Positions 1-12,254 of a DNA stretch of 64,000 nt are shown here, piece after piece. Each line of letters starts with the position of its first letter. Within the stretch, counting starts at the first letter, position 1. The notes below the pieces were generated by a model. It worked only from the letters and a program-made list of their open reading frames with translations. It was not told where the DNA came from and did no database searches. This DNA is from Octopus sinensis. Lineage: Eukaryota. A program made the translations under genes and the position numbers. Location of the stretch: NCBI RefSeq assembly GCF_006345805.1, contig NC_043000.1, forward strand, positions 117,428,001 to 117,492,000, in the 5' to 3' direction.

Positions 1-39
1 AATTATCAATTGAAAATAGCTATATATATACGTTTGTGT

Positions 40-248
40 GTCTGACTTTGTCCACCCCCACCCCCACAACTTGACAACCGATGCTGGTGTGTTTAGGTCC
101 CCGTAACCTAGCGGTTCAGCAAAAGAGACCGATAGAATAAGTACTAGGCTTACAAAGAATAAGTCCTGGGGGCGATTTGCTCGACTAAAGGTGGTGCTCC
201 AGCATGGTCACAGTCAAATGACTGAAACAAGTAAAAGAGTAAAAGAGG
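40..248 (+). mobile_element. SINE family B, 3' half
   Basis: Matches the 3' half of full copies (e.g. 62204-62620): ttgacaaccgatgctggtgtgttt...gactgaaacaagtaaaagagtaaaagag. Confidence 0.85.
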
Positions 249-849
249 TATGGTTTTCAGAGGTGCCGTAAGTGTGTGGTTCATTCTGAGCGGTGCAACT
301 TAAATTCATTTATTATCATTTGGTTCTACCTCATCGGAACGGTGCTGCTGTTGTTGTTACTATCACTTTGTTGTTGCTACTGTTTTTATCTTTTTTTTTT
401 GTACTCTTGTACTCTTAAAAACGTCGTCCTTACCTTTGTTGTTCTCATTATTATTGACGCAATTGTAGATGTTATACTCCTCTTGCGAACGTTCTCTTAC
501 GAAGCCGGTAGTGGCATGAGATATTCCTGCTACCGTACCGTTCAGGATATAATATCTCTCCCAATCTCAACCTTAACACTTCTACCAAATGAACCACACC
601 TAGCTATTTTGAGAAATATTTCGGATCGTGTTCAAACTTGTTTGTCGTTATTTACGGTCCACTGCTTCCACTGCCTACGGAACTCCTTGTTAAGAAACGA
701 GAACTCTCGTTTCCTTTATTTTCTCGGCCTTGTACTGTAATTGACACAGGGTGCAATTTACATGTTGACGTTACATTTGTCGTTGATATTGGGTTAGATT
801 ATATTTTGATGACCTCGTTAACTGTTCTTCCGCTATTGATATTGGCTTC

Positions 850-1040
850 AAATTTTGGCACAAAATCAGCAAGTTCAGGGGAGGAGGTAAGTCGATTACA
901 TCGACGCCAGTATTCAACTGGTACTTATTTTATTGACCCCGAAAGAAAGAAAGGCAAAGTCAGCCTCGGCGGAATTTGAACTCAGAACGTAAAGGCGGAA
1001 GAAATACCGATGAACATTTTTCCCGGCGTGCTAAAGATTC
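850..1040 (-). mobile_element. SINE family A, short-tail type
   Basis: Reverse complement of ttctgagttcaaattccgccgagg...actttgcctt core with tail ending gccaaaatttgaa. Confidence 0.8.
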
Positions 1041-1399
1041 TCCCATCTCGCTGTCCTCTTCCACTTTCACTGTCGATATTGATGTTGTCTTCTTCTTCTT
1101 CTTCTTCTTCTTCTAATCACGACTCACGCCATTAGCCACAAAGAATAATCTCTAATTCGAGCCTGCTCTAAGCTACTAAGAGTGCCTGTGGAAACTTGAA
1201 GATCCACCCACCACACGTGATAGGCTGGCTGTTGTACGGGCACGAAAGCTACGTTGTTATCCACATTCCGTAAACGGTGGCTTTTAACGGGTGGAGAGCT
1301 GAACCATCCTGGGTACAGAGGATTCGAAATCTAGATTAGGGTCTGAAAGTTTACCACACCATAGTTGGTTACACCATGGTTCTTCTGCTTTGTGGCAGA

Positions 1400-1580
1400 A
1401 GTAGGAAGAAAAACTGAGGGAGAGTTGTGGTGAAAGAGTACAGCCCCCACCCCGCCGGAGCCTCGTGGAGCTTAGGTATTTTCGCTCAATAAACACTCAC
1501 AATGCCCGGTCTGGGAATCGAAACCGCGTTCTTACGACCGCGAGTCAGCTGCCCTAACCACTGGGCCATTGCGCCTCCAC
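1400..1580 (-). mobile_element. SINE family C, 5' part
   Basis: Reverse of gtggaggcgcaatggcccagtggttagggcag...ggtttcgattcccagaccgggc; tRNA-like A and B boxes. Confidence 0.85.
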
Positions 1581-1614
1581 ATGTTGTTGTCGTCGACGTT
1601 TGCTCAAAGCCACG

Positions 1615-1940
1615 AAGGTGCGCAGCTTAGTAGTTAGGGTATTTGGCTCACGATCGTAAGGCCGTGGTTTCGATTCCCGGTGGCACATTGACTCCTTGAG
1701 GAAGACATTTTATTTCACGTTGCTCCAAATCTTTCAGCTGGCAAAAATAAGTAGTACTGGTTGTTCAAAGAGTCAGCCTTGTTGCATTCTATGTCGCGGT
1801 AAATCTCCCTGAGAACTACGTTAACGACATGCGTGTCCGTGGAGTACTCAGCCACTTACATGTTAATTTCACAAACAGGCTGTTCCGTTGGTGGAGCTAA
1901 CTGGAACCTTCGTCGTCGTAACCGACGGAGTGCCAGTGTA
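1615..1940 (+). mobile_element. SINE family D (tRNA head, gttgctccag central domain)
   Basis: Homologous along its length to 49935-50228, ending cgtcgtcgtaaccgacggagtgcc. Confidence 0.8.
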
Positions 1941-2705
1941 TAGATCCAGGTTGGCCCTGATCGAGTATTGTAGCTTTCTAATGAAAAGCATACCGGCCGT
2001 GTGGAGTAGAGAGAGCATGTCATTGATGAGGTCGTGAGTGGTGAACTTTAACAAACCTAGTTGACTGACTGATTGACAGAACAATTAATCAAACGATTGA
2101 TTAGTTTATTGGTTAACCAATTGACTAATAATAATTTCAAATTTTGATATAAAGCCACCAATTCTAAAAGAGGGAGAAACTCAATTACATCGACCCAACT
2201 ATTTGACTGGTACTTTATCGACCCCGAAATGATGAAAAGCAAAGTCGTTTTCGGCGGCATTTGAACTCAGAACGTAAAGCTGGAAGGAACGCCGATGAGC
2301 ACTTTAGCATGCTTCTACAAACTCGCCGCCTTGATCAAATTACTAATAATATTAAAAAAGTGAACTAAAACCAATGCATGTGTTTATTATTGACATAATG
2401 GCCCTCCCGAGATAGAACAAAGTATATAGTAATATTAGGAAGAAAATACCTTGCAACATTTAGTCAAACCATTTTACGTTTGTACGTTCTTAGTTCCCAT
2501 CTTACAGAGGTTAACTTTCTCATTCGTATTCTTAGATCAGTTAAAACACATATATGTCTTCCCTTTATTTTGACGCTAAGGTGTGATTTGAGCTTACTGT
2601 ATCTATTACGATGAGTTGCATATGTATTCTTCATATGTTCTGGCAGATTCGGATGTGAAAATGCTAATCGCAGTTATGTTTCGTCACAGGAGATCATCTC
2701 TTTTT

Positions 2706-3195
2706 ACGACGAATATATTTCCATCACACTTTCGATTCGTTTTACAAGGGACTTCGGGACACCCATTGTTTCAATATTATTCCCTCTCGTCAGTCGGACT
2801 ATTGAATCTAACAAGATTTCGAGGTTCTTGCTTATAACTTGTACCAATCAATAACATATCATTAATAATAACGACGAATATATTTCCATCACACTTTCGA
2901 ATCATTTTACAAGGGACTTTCGGGCACCCGTTGTTTCGACATTATTCCCTCTCGTCAGCCGGACTATTGAATCTAACAAGATTTCGAGGTTCTTGCTTAT
3001 AACTTGTACCAATCAATAACATATTATTAATAATAACGACGAATATATTTCCATCACACTTTCGATTCATTTTACGAGTGACTTTCGGACACCCATTGTT
3101 TCGACATTATTCCCTCTCGTCAATCGGACTACTGAATCTAACAAGATTTCGAGGTTCTTGTTTATAACTTGTACCAATCAATAATAACATATTTA
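2706..3195. repeat. Tandem repeat, 3 x 165 bp
   Basis: acgacgaatatatttccatcacac starts at 2706, 2871 and 3036; units differ by only a few substitutions or indels. Confidence 0.95.
2751..3130 (-). ncRNA. Three type-I hammerhead-ribozyme-like cores, one per repeat unit
   Basis: Minus-strand consensus agtccgr-CTGACGA-ga(gggaataatg)tc-GAA-aca(atggg)tgt-C-ccgaagt at 2751-2800, 2915-2965 and 3081-3130; stem I is decayed. Confidence 0.6.
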
Positions 3196-3566
3196 GTGGT
3201 TCAAGTGACCACATGGACATGGCCTTGTTGATTCCACGTCACAGACATTTGTTCGTGTTATTGTCGTCTTCTGTATCTGTGATATGCTATTGTTGCTCAT
3301 AATATTATAAATGGTTGTTGGTGTTCTCGAGGCTCTTGCCACTATTCTTGACATTATTGTTGCATTTTATTTTTTGCCTTTTATTTGTTTCAGTCATTGG
3401 ACTGCAGCCGCGTGTGCTTCCAGTACCTAAATTTCTGAAGTCGGATATTTATTCTGTCGCGCTCTTTTGCTGAACCACCAAGTTCAGGGGACGTAAACAA
3501 AGAACACCGGTTGTCAATTGGTGGTAGTGGGTGGGGTCAATTACACATACACACACCTATATATAT

Positions 3567-3740
3567 ATATATAAATTAGAGAAGAACCACCATGTAGCAA
3601 TTCAACAATGATTTACTTAAATCATACCATATAGAAAGAAATTAAAGATACGATAAAACATTTGCCTAGAACTAAATATGGCATGCTTTAAGTATATCAT
3701 TATTGAATTGCTACATGGTGGTTCTTCTCTAATTTATATA
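3567..3740. mobile_element. Palindromic MITE-like element in a (TA)n tract
   Basis: About 50-bp inverted repeats ataaattagagaagaaccaccatgtagcaattcaa / ttgaattgctacatggtggttcttctctaatttat, flanked by TA. Confidence 0.75.
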
Positions 3741-4639
3741 CATGTATTATATATTGTGAAATTTGATTTAGTATTACTAAATTGAATTTTTGTCTGTAAA
3801 TTTGGAATCATATTCCCTAATATCATCATTATTATTATACATACATATATGTGTATGTATAATATGCTGTGCAGAAAAAGTTTCCCGCGTACAGTAAAGG
3901 TGTAAACACACCTTCACCAACACAGTGACGCCCACTGTCGGACACCTGAATATATATCTGACTCGTTATGCCTTCTTCAGTAGAGGATACCAAAGGGAAA
4001 TAACCTTGAACTGACTAGAAAGCCGTCGCTTTATATTAAATCATTCAATAGTAATGACTGATTGCGTTCGAAGACCGCCTGGTCAGAACAAATAAATAAA
4101 TATTAATGCGAAGCTAATTATGTGTTTGTTCTGGCCGGGTAGGCTGGGGGTTAGATCGTTAGCTCGACTAAATTCTTCAAGAAGGTGCCCCAACATGGCC
4201 GCGGTCTGATGACTGAAACAAGTAAATGAATAAATAAATAAATAAATAAATAAATAAGACCTTGTGACATTTAGTAACGTCATACGTCTTTGCTGGGGGG
4301 CAACATTCTCATTCGTATTCCTGAGGCAATTGAATCAACTATGATTCAACTATATTCTCGCTACCCGCGCAAATTTGTAGCCATGTTATAATGCTAACAG
4401 TCATAATTATTGACAGTTGACAGAGTCAGACGTGCCTACCAGCTAATGTATGAACGACAAATAAAGTTTCAAATATCTTTCCCGAGAGGAGAAATATTCA
4501 ACAAAACACGCTTCTCTCTAGTTACAATAAATTTTATAAAGTCAGTGAATTTATATCCGATAAAATAAATATTTTATTTTAATCAAAATCTTTCGACATG
4601 TCTGACTCATTCAACAGTGAATAATTATAATAATAGTTT

Positions 4640-5035
4640 CAAATTTTGGCACAAAATCAGCAAATTTAGGGAAGGGGTAAGTCAATTACATTGACCCCCC
4701 CCCCCGCCAATGTTCAACTGGTACTTATTGACCCGAAAAGGATGAAAAGCAAATCGACCTCAGAAGAATTTGAACTCAGAACGCAAAGAAGGATGAAATA
4801 CCTATTTCTTTGCTACCCACAAGGGGCTAAACACAGAGAGGACAAACAAGGACAGACAAACGGATTATGTCAATTATATCGACCCCAGTCCGTAACTGGT
4901 ACTTATTTAATCGACCCCGAAAGGATGAAAGGTAAAGTCGACCTCGGCGGAATTTGAACTCAGAGCGTAACGACAGACAAAATACTGCTAAGCTTTTCGC
5001 CCGACGTGCTAACGATTCTGCCAGCTCGCCGCCTT
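4640..5035 (-). mobile_element. SINE A dimer (Tx1-tailed copy joined to a second A body)
   Basis: Head at about 5035, tail ccccttgtgggtagcaaagaaata, then ggtatttc and a second gttctgagttcaaattc body; junction at 4795-4808. Confidence 0.85.
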
Positions 5036-5299
5036 CTAATGATAGCTATAATAATACATGTAAATAATTATAATAATATGCGTTTCAAGTTTTGGCACAA
5101 GGCCAGCAATTTCGAAGGAGAGAGTGAGTTGATTAATTCGACCCCAATGCTCAACTGGAACTTATTTTATCGAACGTGGACAAAATACTGTTAAGCATTT
5201 TGGCCGGGATGCTAACGATTCTGTCAGCTCAGCGTCTTAGTAATTATAATCATGTTCCTAGCCTGTCAGATATTTTCAAGAGCAATGCATAATGGTTAG

Positions 5300-5700
5300 G
5301 CACACACCACAGAAGAGACGGATTCCTCTCAAGCTGTATCAGATACCCCCGGGAAAATCTTGTGCATCAAATGGAACGACTTTATCAGCAACGAGGAAGT
5401 CAGAAGAACGGTCCATCGCCTAATATCCATCACTAGCTGTAAGCACCGACCGAGTTGGCTGGGGCATATCGTAAGTCTCCTTACGAACAGACTCGCCGGC
5501 CACATCTTTTAGTGGAATCCTCAGCGGCAACAGTGCCAGAGACGTCTCAAGATGCAGTGTTACCAGACGATCGACAGGGACCTTCAGCTGGTAAATCTAC
5601 GATGGAACGACACAGTGAGGCTGGCTGCTGACAAATCCTGTTGGATTATATTGACAGCATTATGCGCCGCCCGACATGGAGGTACCTAAGTCTAAATCTA
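5300..5700 (+). pseudogene. Decayed RTE-clade LINE 3' end
   Basis: From 5354 translates to KILCIKWNDFISNEEVRR...SWLGHIV...NRLAGHIF*WNPQ, the typical RTE C-terminal region; ends in a taagtctaaatcta tail. Confidence 0.75.
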
Positions 5701-5906
5701 TTAGAGCAAGACTAGCAATCTAGAAAAATAATTAATGCAAGACTTGTGATACAGGAAATGAAGAACCCTTTGACCACTTATTGCGAATCTCGACATATTC
5801 ATCAACATATTTTTAATATCTATGTTTCCTATGCCTCCAAATTCGTTTGCTTTTCATATTTTCAGAATTAATAAAATAAATACTAGTTCAGCACTGGGTT
5901 GATGTA

Positions 5907-6118
5907 CAGTAAACCTTCGCCATATCGCGGTTCACCTATCGCGGTTTATTATTTAAGCTTATGCCGATTCCTCTGTGGGGTTGTTTTGCATTTGTAATAA
6001 AAATAAATATATACAAATTATAAAAAAATATACAGTACAGTACTGTTTCTCCTTCGCGGATTTTCACCTATCACTGGGGTTTTGGACTGTAACACCTGTG
6101 ATAGTCGAGGAATTACTG
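5907..6118. mobile_element. pogo/Tigger-like (Tc1/mariner superfamily) MITE
   Basis: TA|CAGTAaaccttcgc ... gtcgaggaatTACTG|TA termini with TA target duplication. Confidence 0.7.
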
Positions 6119-7044
6119 TAATCAACATTTCTTTCCTCATAAAATTGCTAGCCTTGTGCCGTCTGTCTTTATGGTCTGAGTTCAAATTCCGCCGAGGCCG
6201 ACTTTGCATTTCATCCTTTCGAGGTCGATAAATTAAGTACCTGTTGTGTACTGGGGTCGATCTAATCGACTGGCCTCCTTCCCCAAAAAGTCATGTTTCT
6301 TTCAGCATAGAAAGAAGAACTGTTTGCTTTGTATCTTTCGACCTTTTTCTCTCAAACATAGAGTAAGCTCGACCATGCATTCCTAAGCAATTCATTCTGT
6401 TGATTCCAGCTACTTAGATATTCAGAGGTTGTCCACTTTCAGCCAATTTTTCAATCGGGAAAGACATCAACAAACCCGAGCACTATATAGATTTCGACTT
6501 TCGGCCCCATACCGACAATGGCCTTAAGTGCCATTGCCGCTATAATATAATATCAACGACAATAGCAGCTAAAAACAACCTTCAAAGAAAAACCAACCAT
6601 TTGGTTCTTGTTGACACCCAGTCTCACCGAGAACGTCGTCGCTCTTGTCCACCACTAAACTTCTGTAGAACTCCACAGTGAAACTTTCCCCTATCACAGT
6701 GTCCGACTGAGAGTTGAGCACCTGACGGTACTCTATGCACCAGACGTCCTGCCTCGTTCACACTTGATCAGGTCTGCAGCTCAGTTTGATATTTCCTATG
6801 ACCAAGACGCCTATCTTGTCAGGTGCATACGCACTAAATGAGTGTGCTTGTACCAAATATGCTCATGTACACATAAAGTTTTATGTGTACATGAAATATA
6901 TTGAACTCTTGCCTCTTTCTGCAATTGTAGAGGTTCAGAAAATTTATAGCGAAAGATTGAAACTTTTCTCCCAGGCTAAACCAAAAATGACATATGAATA
7001 CACTAACCCAAACAACGTAGCAGAGACCATTTGATAATGCTTTG

Positions 7045-7385
7045 TGGTATTTCGTCTACCGCTACGTCCTGAGTTCAAATTCCGCCGAGGTCGACTTTGC
7101 CTTTAATCCTTTCGGGGGTCGATAAATTAAGTACCAGTTACGCACCGAGTCGATATAATCGACTTAATCTGTTTGTCTGTCCTTGTTTGTCCTCTCTGTG
7201 TTTAGCCTCTTGTGGGTAGTAAAGAAATAGGTATTTCGTCTGCCGCTACGTTCTGAGTTCAAACTCAGCCGAGGTCGACTTTGCATTCCATCTTTTCGGG
7301 GTCGATAAATTAAGTAACAGTTGCGTACTAGGGTCGATCTAATCGACTGGCCCCCTCACACAAAATTTCAGGCCTATAGTAGAAG
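7045..7385 (+). mobile_element. SINE A dimer, 5' truncated
   Basis: Body, Tx1-type tail, junction gaaataggtatttcgtc at about 7224-7240, then a second body with short tail. Confidence 0.85.
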
Positions 7386-7567
7386 AAAAAAAAATAGACG
7401 AGTCACAGAAAAAATAATAATTGTATCAGAACTTCATGTGGAGTTTTAAAAAATATATCGGACATATATCTGAAAGGAACTCATGAACCTATTCTATAGT
7501 ACCAAGAACAGATGCTATTTTGTAGGAATGATTTAAGCAGTTTACGCAAAACCAAGAAAACTCGTTT

Positions 7568-7850
7568 TTATTTAAGTGGCATAGATTTGACATCGCCTTC
7601 TTTCGAGTCCGTTTTGGAGTTAGAAGAAAACTTAACTCCTGCTACTTTTCCCTGCCCTTCTCTCATGCTTTTAACTTCAATCATGGGTTTAAGGTTAATA
7701 GTGTAAATGTTCATATTCTCAGAGATGAAGCATTTGGAATCAGCGTCGCCTGTTACATGATCACAGATGTTATTGCCACCAGGAAAAGTTAGAGTTTCTA
7801 GAAACCCTACCCCCACCTATCATCTTGTTGAATACGATGTTTTCATCTTT
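7568..7850 (-). CDS. Possible terminal exon of an unidentified host gene
   Basis: Non-repetitive open frame LLVKDENIVFNKMIGGVGFLETLTF...DVKSMPLK* after a possible acceptor (tttgtaatccag); no recognisable family. Confidence 0.2.
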
Positions 7851-8394
7851 TACAAGTAGACTGGATTACAAATATGTGATTAAATTGTTAGATATCCGCT
7901 TTTTTTTCTGGATCCGAAACTAGGTTTATAGCGTTGGGCGTGACTTCCAGTACTGGCGATCTATTACAAGTGTGTGTAGGCTTAAAACATTAGACACGCT
8001 TAGTTTTACTAAAGAAGCAGCCATGGCGAGAGAAATAAGTTAGTAGACAGAGAAATTAGTAAAAGGCGGCGAGCTGGTATAATCGTTAGCATGCCAGACA
8101 AACATGCTTTATGGAATTTCTTCCGGTTTCTTACGTTTCGAATTCAAATTCCACCGTGGTCGACTTTACCTTTCTGTCTTTTGGGGTCAATAAAAATAAG
8201 TAACTGTTGAGCACCGGGGTTAATGTGATCGACTTGCACCCACCATCTCCATTCCACAAAAATTTCAGGCCCTACGCCTGTAGTAGAAATCAACAAAAAG
8301 ACAGGCGTGTAAAAACTTGTGAGAAAAACACCGCAGTCTATTTAATAGCAAAAAAAAACTTTCGTCTATTTCTTTGACACTAAACACGAAGGTT

Positions 8395-8425
8395 GTGGAG
8401 GCGCAATGGCCCAGTGGTTAGGGCA
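8395..8425 (+). mobile_element. SINE C tRNA-like head (31 nt) fused to the LINE
   Basis: gtggaggcgcaatggcccagtggttagggca is identical to the first 31 nt of SINE C (e.g. 58717), then LINE ORF2 follows directly. Confidence 0.85.
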
Positions 8426-10389
8426 CCTACTGGCGGAGGTCTATGCGAACTGGCAGCAGAACGGGCTTATACCCAGATCTGTGCGCCGGGGAGTAGTGAC
8501 TCTCGTCAGAAAGGACCCGAGCAAGGGGGAGTGCATTGATAATTTCAGGCCCATCACTCTGCTAAACACAGAGTTGAAGATTTTGGCCAAAGTGTTATCG
8601 AAAAGATTGGCGCGTGTCGCGGATGGTCTGATCGGAGGGGCACAGACATGTGCCGTTCCGGCAGATCCATTCAGGATAATCTCCATCTAATGCGGTACAC
8701 TATAGAGGGGTTTAATAGTGATTCTGGCAAGGGTGGGGCACTGGTCCATTTAGACCAATCTAAAGCTTTTGATAGGGTCGACCATCGTTACCTGGTATCT
8801 GCCCTGGCACTGTTCGGGCTGAGCCTTGGCTTCCTCAGGTGGATTATCCAAATTTATGATAACATCGACTCGGTAGTTCGGGTGAACGGCTTCTTGTCGA
8901 AGCCGTTCAAAATCAAACGCTCGGTTCGTCAAGGGTGTCCGCTCTCCCCGCTTTTGTACGTGATGGCTCTAGAGCCATTACTGCGAAAACTGAGCGGCAT
9001 CCCGAGACAGCCAGGTAATGGAAAATCAGTGTCAGCGTACGCGGATGACATCACCATCATCGTAACCGAAATGGACCACCTATGTAAAGTAGGCAAGGCC
9101 ATAGAGGTTTACGAGACGGTGACAGGAGCAAAAGTTAATCGCGAAAAGTCAGTCGGCTTGCAACTCGGCACCTGGAGAGGCAAGTCGATGCCTCCTGACA
9201 GCGTCGTGGGACGTTGGACGGAGGGTCCGATTAAGTTGCTAGGGGTCTGGTTCGGTCCAGACCTCCAAATAGAGAAGAATTGGGGCGAGGTAACGAGCAA
9301 GGTGGCTGCAGTAGCCAAGACCTGGTCTTGGCGGTGGCTATCCCTGAAAGGGAGGGCGGAGGTGGCCAATGTGTTTATCGCATCGGTTATCACCTACCGC
9401 CTTTCTGTCGTTCCTTGCCCAGATTCGTGGTTGATCAAGTTGGAAAGACAGCTCTTCTACTTCTTGTGGAAGGGCGGGAAACCACTTGTGAAACGCTCTA
9501 CTTGCTGTCAACAACCGTTAAAGGGTGGGCTAGCGATGCCTTGGCTGATGATGCGCAGACATGCGCTGAGGTTAAGACATATGTGGCTCTATCTGGATGG
9601 TGAACGGGTGTGGTCTCCGCTAGCAAAACTGATGTTTCCCAAGTTCACTAGTTTCGGTGGATGGGAAACCTGGCTGAATCGAAGATCGAAACTTGGTACT
9701 TGGTACACGGAGTGTCGCAAGGCTCTCCTGCTATTCCGTCGCTCGGGCAACGCCTGCGGTGGGGGTTCCACCACATTCTTCTATAGAGGGTTGGTAGGGG
9801 CGGAATGTGAAGATACCTTGGGAGAAGCCCTAGGTCTCGACGATAATCAGCTGGCCAGTCTGTTCCGACGTACGTTCAAGCCGAAGACACTGGACAACTT
9901 CCAGAAGTCCCTGGCATGGCAATGTTACAGAGGAGCTCTACCTGTTCGGGATAAACTCGCAAGGCACGGTGGCCAAGACAGTCCGATATGTCAAGATGCG
10001 GGCGGGATAGAGAAACCGTCCCGCACGCTATTGTTCATTGTGCGGACGTGTCTGAGGTGTGGGTTTATGCCGAACAGCTGTTGTCAGGTACACGATGAGT
10101 ACAGCTGTCGACTGAGTCGATTACAAAAATTGACCCACCGGATTTCCTCGCGAATGAAGGTAAGTTTCGTTTTCTCGTTGTAGTAGCAATCGCGAAAGAG
10201 GTGATATGGAAGACGAGAATGAAAGGTCTACAGTCAGGCAAGTTCATCTCCGGCCCTGGTTTGATGAAGTATTTCATCTATCACCTGAAAAGGAAGATAG
10301 GGCTGGAGAGAATTTGCCTGACTAGGAGAGTGTATGAAAAACGATGGAAAGATGTAGCACGAAAGTTGCGAGTGGATGATACAACATAA
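8421..10389 (+). pseudogene. LINE ORF2 (reverse transcriptase and C-terminal CCHC), two frameshifts, endonuclease domain missing
   Basis: NFRPITLLNTELKILAKVL, LDQSKAFDRVDH, RQGCPLSPLL, YADD (9038), Tx1-like LSLKGRAEVANVFIAS and FLWKG..GGLAMP; frameshifts near 8657 and about 9985; reframed RCGRDRETVPHAIVHC zinc knuckle. Confidence 0.92.
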
Positions 10390-10634
10390 ATGTAATACCA
10401 AGCGCAACCAAAAGTATCAGTGGGGAGGCGGGGCTCGTGGGGTCCGAGCTAAACCCGCACCCACTCTACCCGTAATGTCTTCCGGTCTGTTACATCATTC
10501 GATTTCTGTCCATTTATTGTAATTTCATGAAAATTTTTTAATTCGTTTTATTGTAAAAACCCATTCGTGTGTCTGACCCCATCATCAGATTGTATTGTCC
10601 CATCTATGTTCGCCCCTTGTGGGTAATAATAAAA
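8421..10634 (+). mobile_element. 5'-truncated Tx1/L1-clade non-LTR retrotransposon
   Basis: ORF2 remnant plus about 245-bp 3' UTR ending gccccttgtgggtaataataaaac. Confidence 0.92.
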
Positions 10635-11224
10635 CAACAAGGCTTTGGTCGGTCCGAAGCTATAGTAGAAGACACTTGCCCAAGCTTCTTACCACTTTCT
10701 GCGTCTGTTTCAATCTAGAGTTAATAATTGTTTAAGCCATCAAGTCTGCTGTGGGAGGCTTCGTCGATTCAGACAATTCCAGTACAGGACTGGTACTCGA
10801 CGATACAACACTGACAATGTGTCCAAGTATTAGATCTGTTGAACTATGTTGTATCGTTTACAATACCTCTACGCATAACAAAAGTTTAAGCCAGTTTGTT
10901 ATACTTGCCTATCGCTACATTTATCTCTTAGTTATTACTTTCAGTCATTCCCATAATTGACCGAAAAGGATCGTTAAATAATGGTTGTCAGTGTTAAACT
11001 GGAAGACCCTGAGGAGTTAATGATGGAATTGGATCAATTTTCAGAGTTGACGGGACTTTCTTTTTCGTACGATTTAATTCTGTTGTTTTCGTTTTTCTTT
11101 TACAATTTAAACCTAGTTTTATTGGTTACCGACATTTTAAAGAGCCGATGTAACATTATATACTTCAGCAGCAAAACAAACATTATTTGTGTATTTAAAA
11201 TTGACAAATACATGTCTACACGTA

Positions 11225-11228
<4 letters not shown>

Positions 11229-11304
<76 letters not shown>
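11229..11304. repeat. (GT)n microsatellite
   Basis: Perfect dinucleotide run. Confidence 0.98.
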
Positions 11305-11307
<3 letters not shown>

Positions 11308-12254
11308 AAACCACTAAAAGCAGTTGTGACACTTGAGAAAAATATTAGTGTTTATACTGCGTGAGAGCTGTCTGTGACGCTGCGAATTTAGGATTATAAA
11401 ATAAAAACTTTTTCCGGGTTAAATGGTAGCTCTTTTATTATTTCCCCAGTTTTCATTTGAAGTGATCGACTTCTATATTTTGTCTATCTGGGTAACCGAA
11501 ATAAATAACCAAATTGATTTAAAACAGAAAACTTGTACTAAGTCAAACAAAAACCTATATAATTAGGTTGGTGAGGATATCATAAACAACTTATTACTAC
11601 ATGGCACCTAATGTATATATACATTATACAAGGTGACCCAAAAGTAGATTTACAGTTATTCAATTATTTCTTTCGCATTCATATATTAACAGTTTAGATC
11701 TTAATTATAAAAATATAAGAAACAATTATCTAAATTAGGGGAGAGAATATTTCACTTGGCTTAAGCGCATGTCATGTAGGTTTGTGTGTGTGATTATAAG
11801 TAAAGATTGAGAAACTAATTTGGGCATTTTCCTGCTGTTTTTGTGTGTATGTGTGTGTTTTTCTTTAGCAGAAATTACTTTATTGGTTTAATAATCGCCA
11901 GAATATGCCACTGGGGTTTGTTTCATAATACTTCTGTGTTCAATAAAATAAAGAACTTATATAAATACTTCATTATCATCAACTCCTGGATATTATGGCC
12001 TCGAGTCCTTGGACTCATAGGGCCAGTTACTCGATTTCCATGACATATACGTAACCGATGCTAGAACATTCCCCTTGACCGGGACACCAGTCTCTGGTAG
12101 AGCTACCCATTTTCAGCTGAGTAAGTCCTGGAGTCGATTTGTTCGACAAAAAAACCGTCCAAGCGGAGCTCCAGTATGGCTGCAGTTTAATGACTGAGAC
12201 AAGTAAAAGAATAAAAAATATATGGAGATCATTATTATTATAACCCGTGTGAAA

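Noticed and set aside
276-979. ORFs 276-740 and 638-979
   Set aside because: Low-complexity composition, overlap with SINE sequence, and no recognisable motifs.
2706-3195. Possible CRISPR array
   Set aside because: Whole 165-bp units repeat with no unique spacers, there are no cas genes, and the context is eukaryotic.
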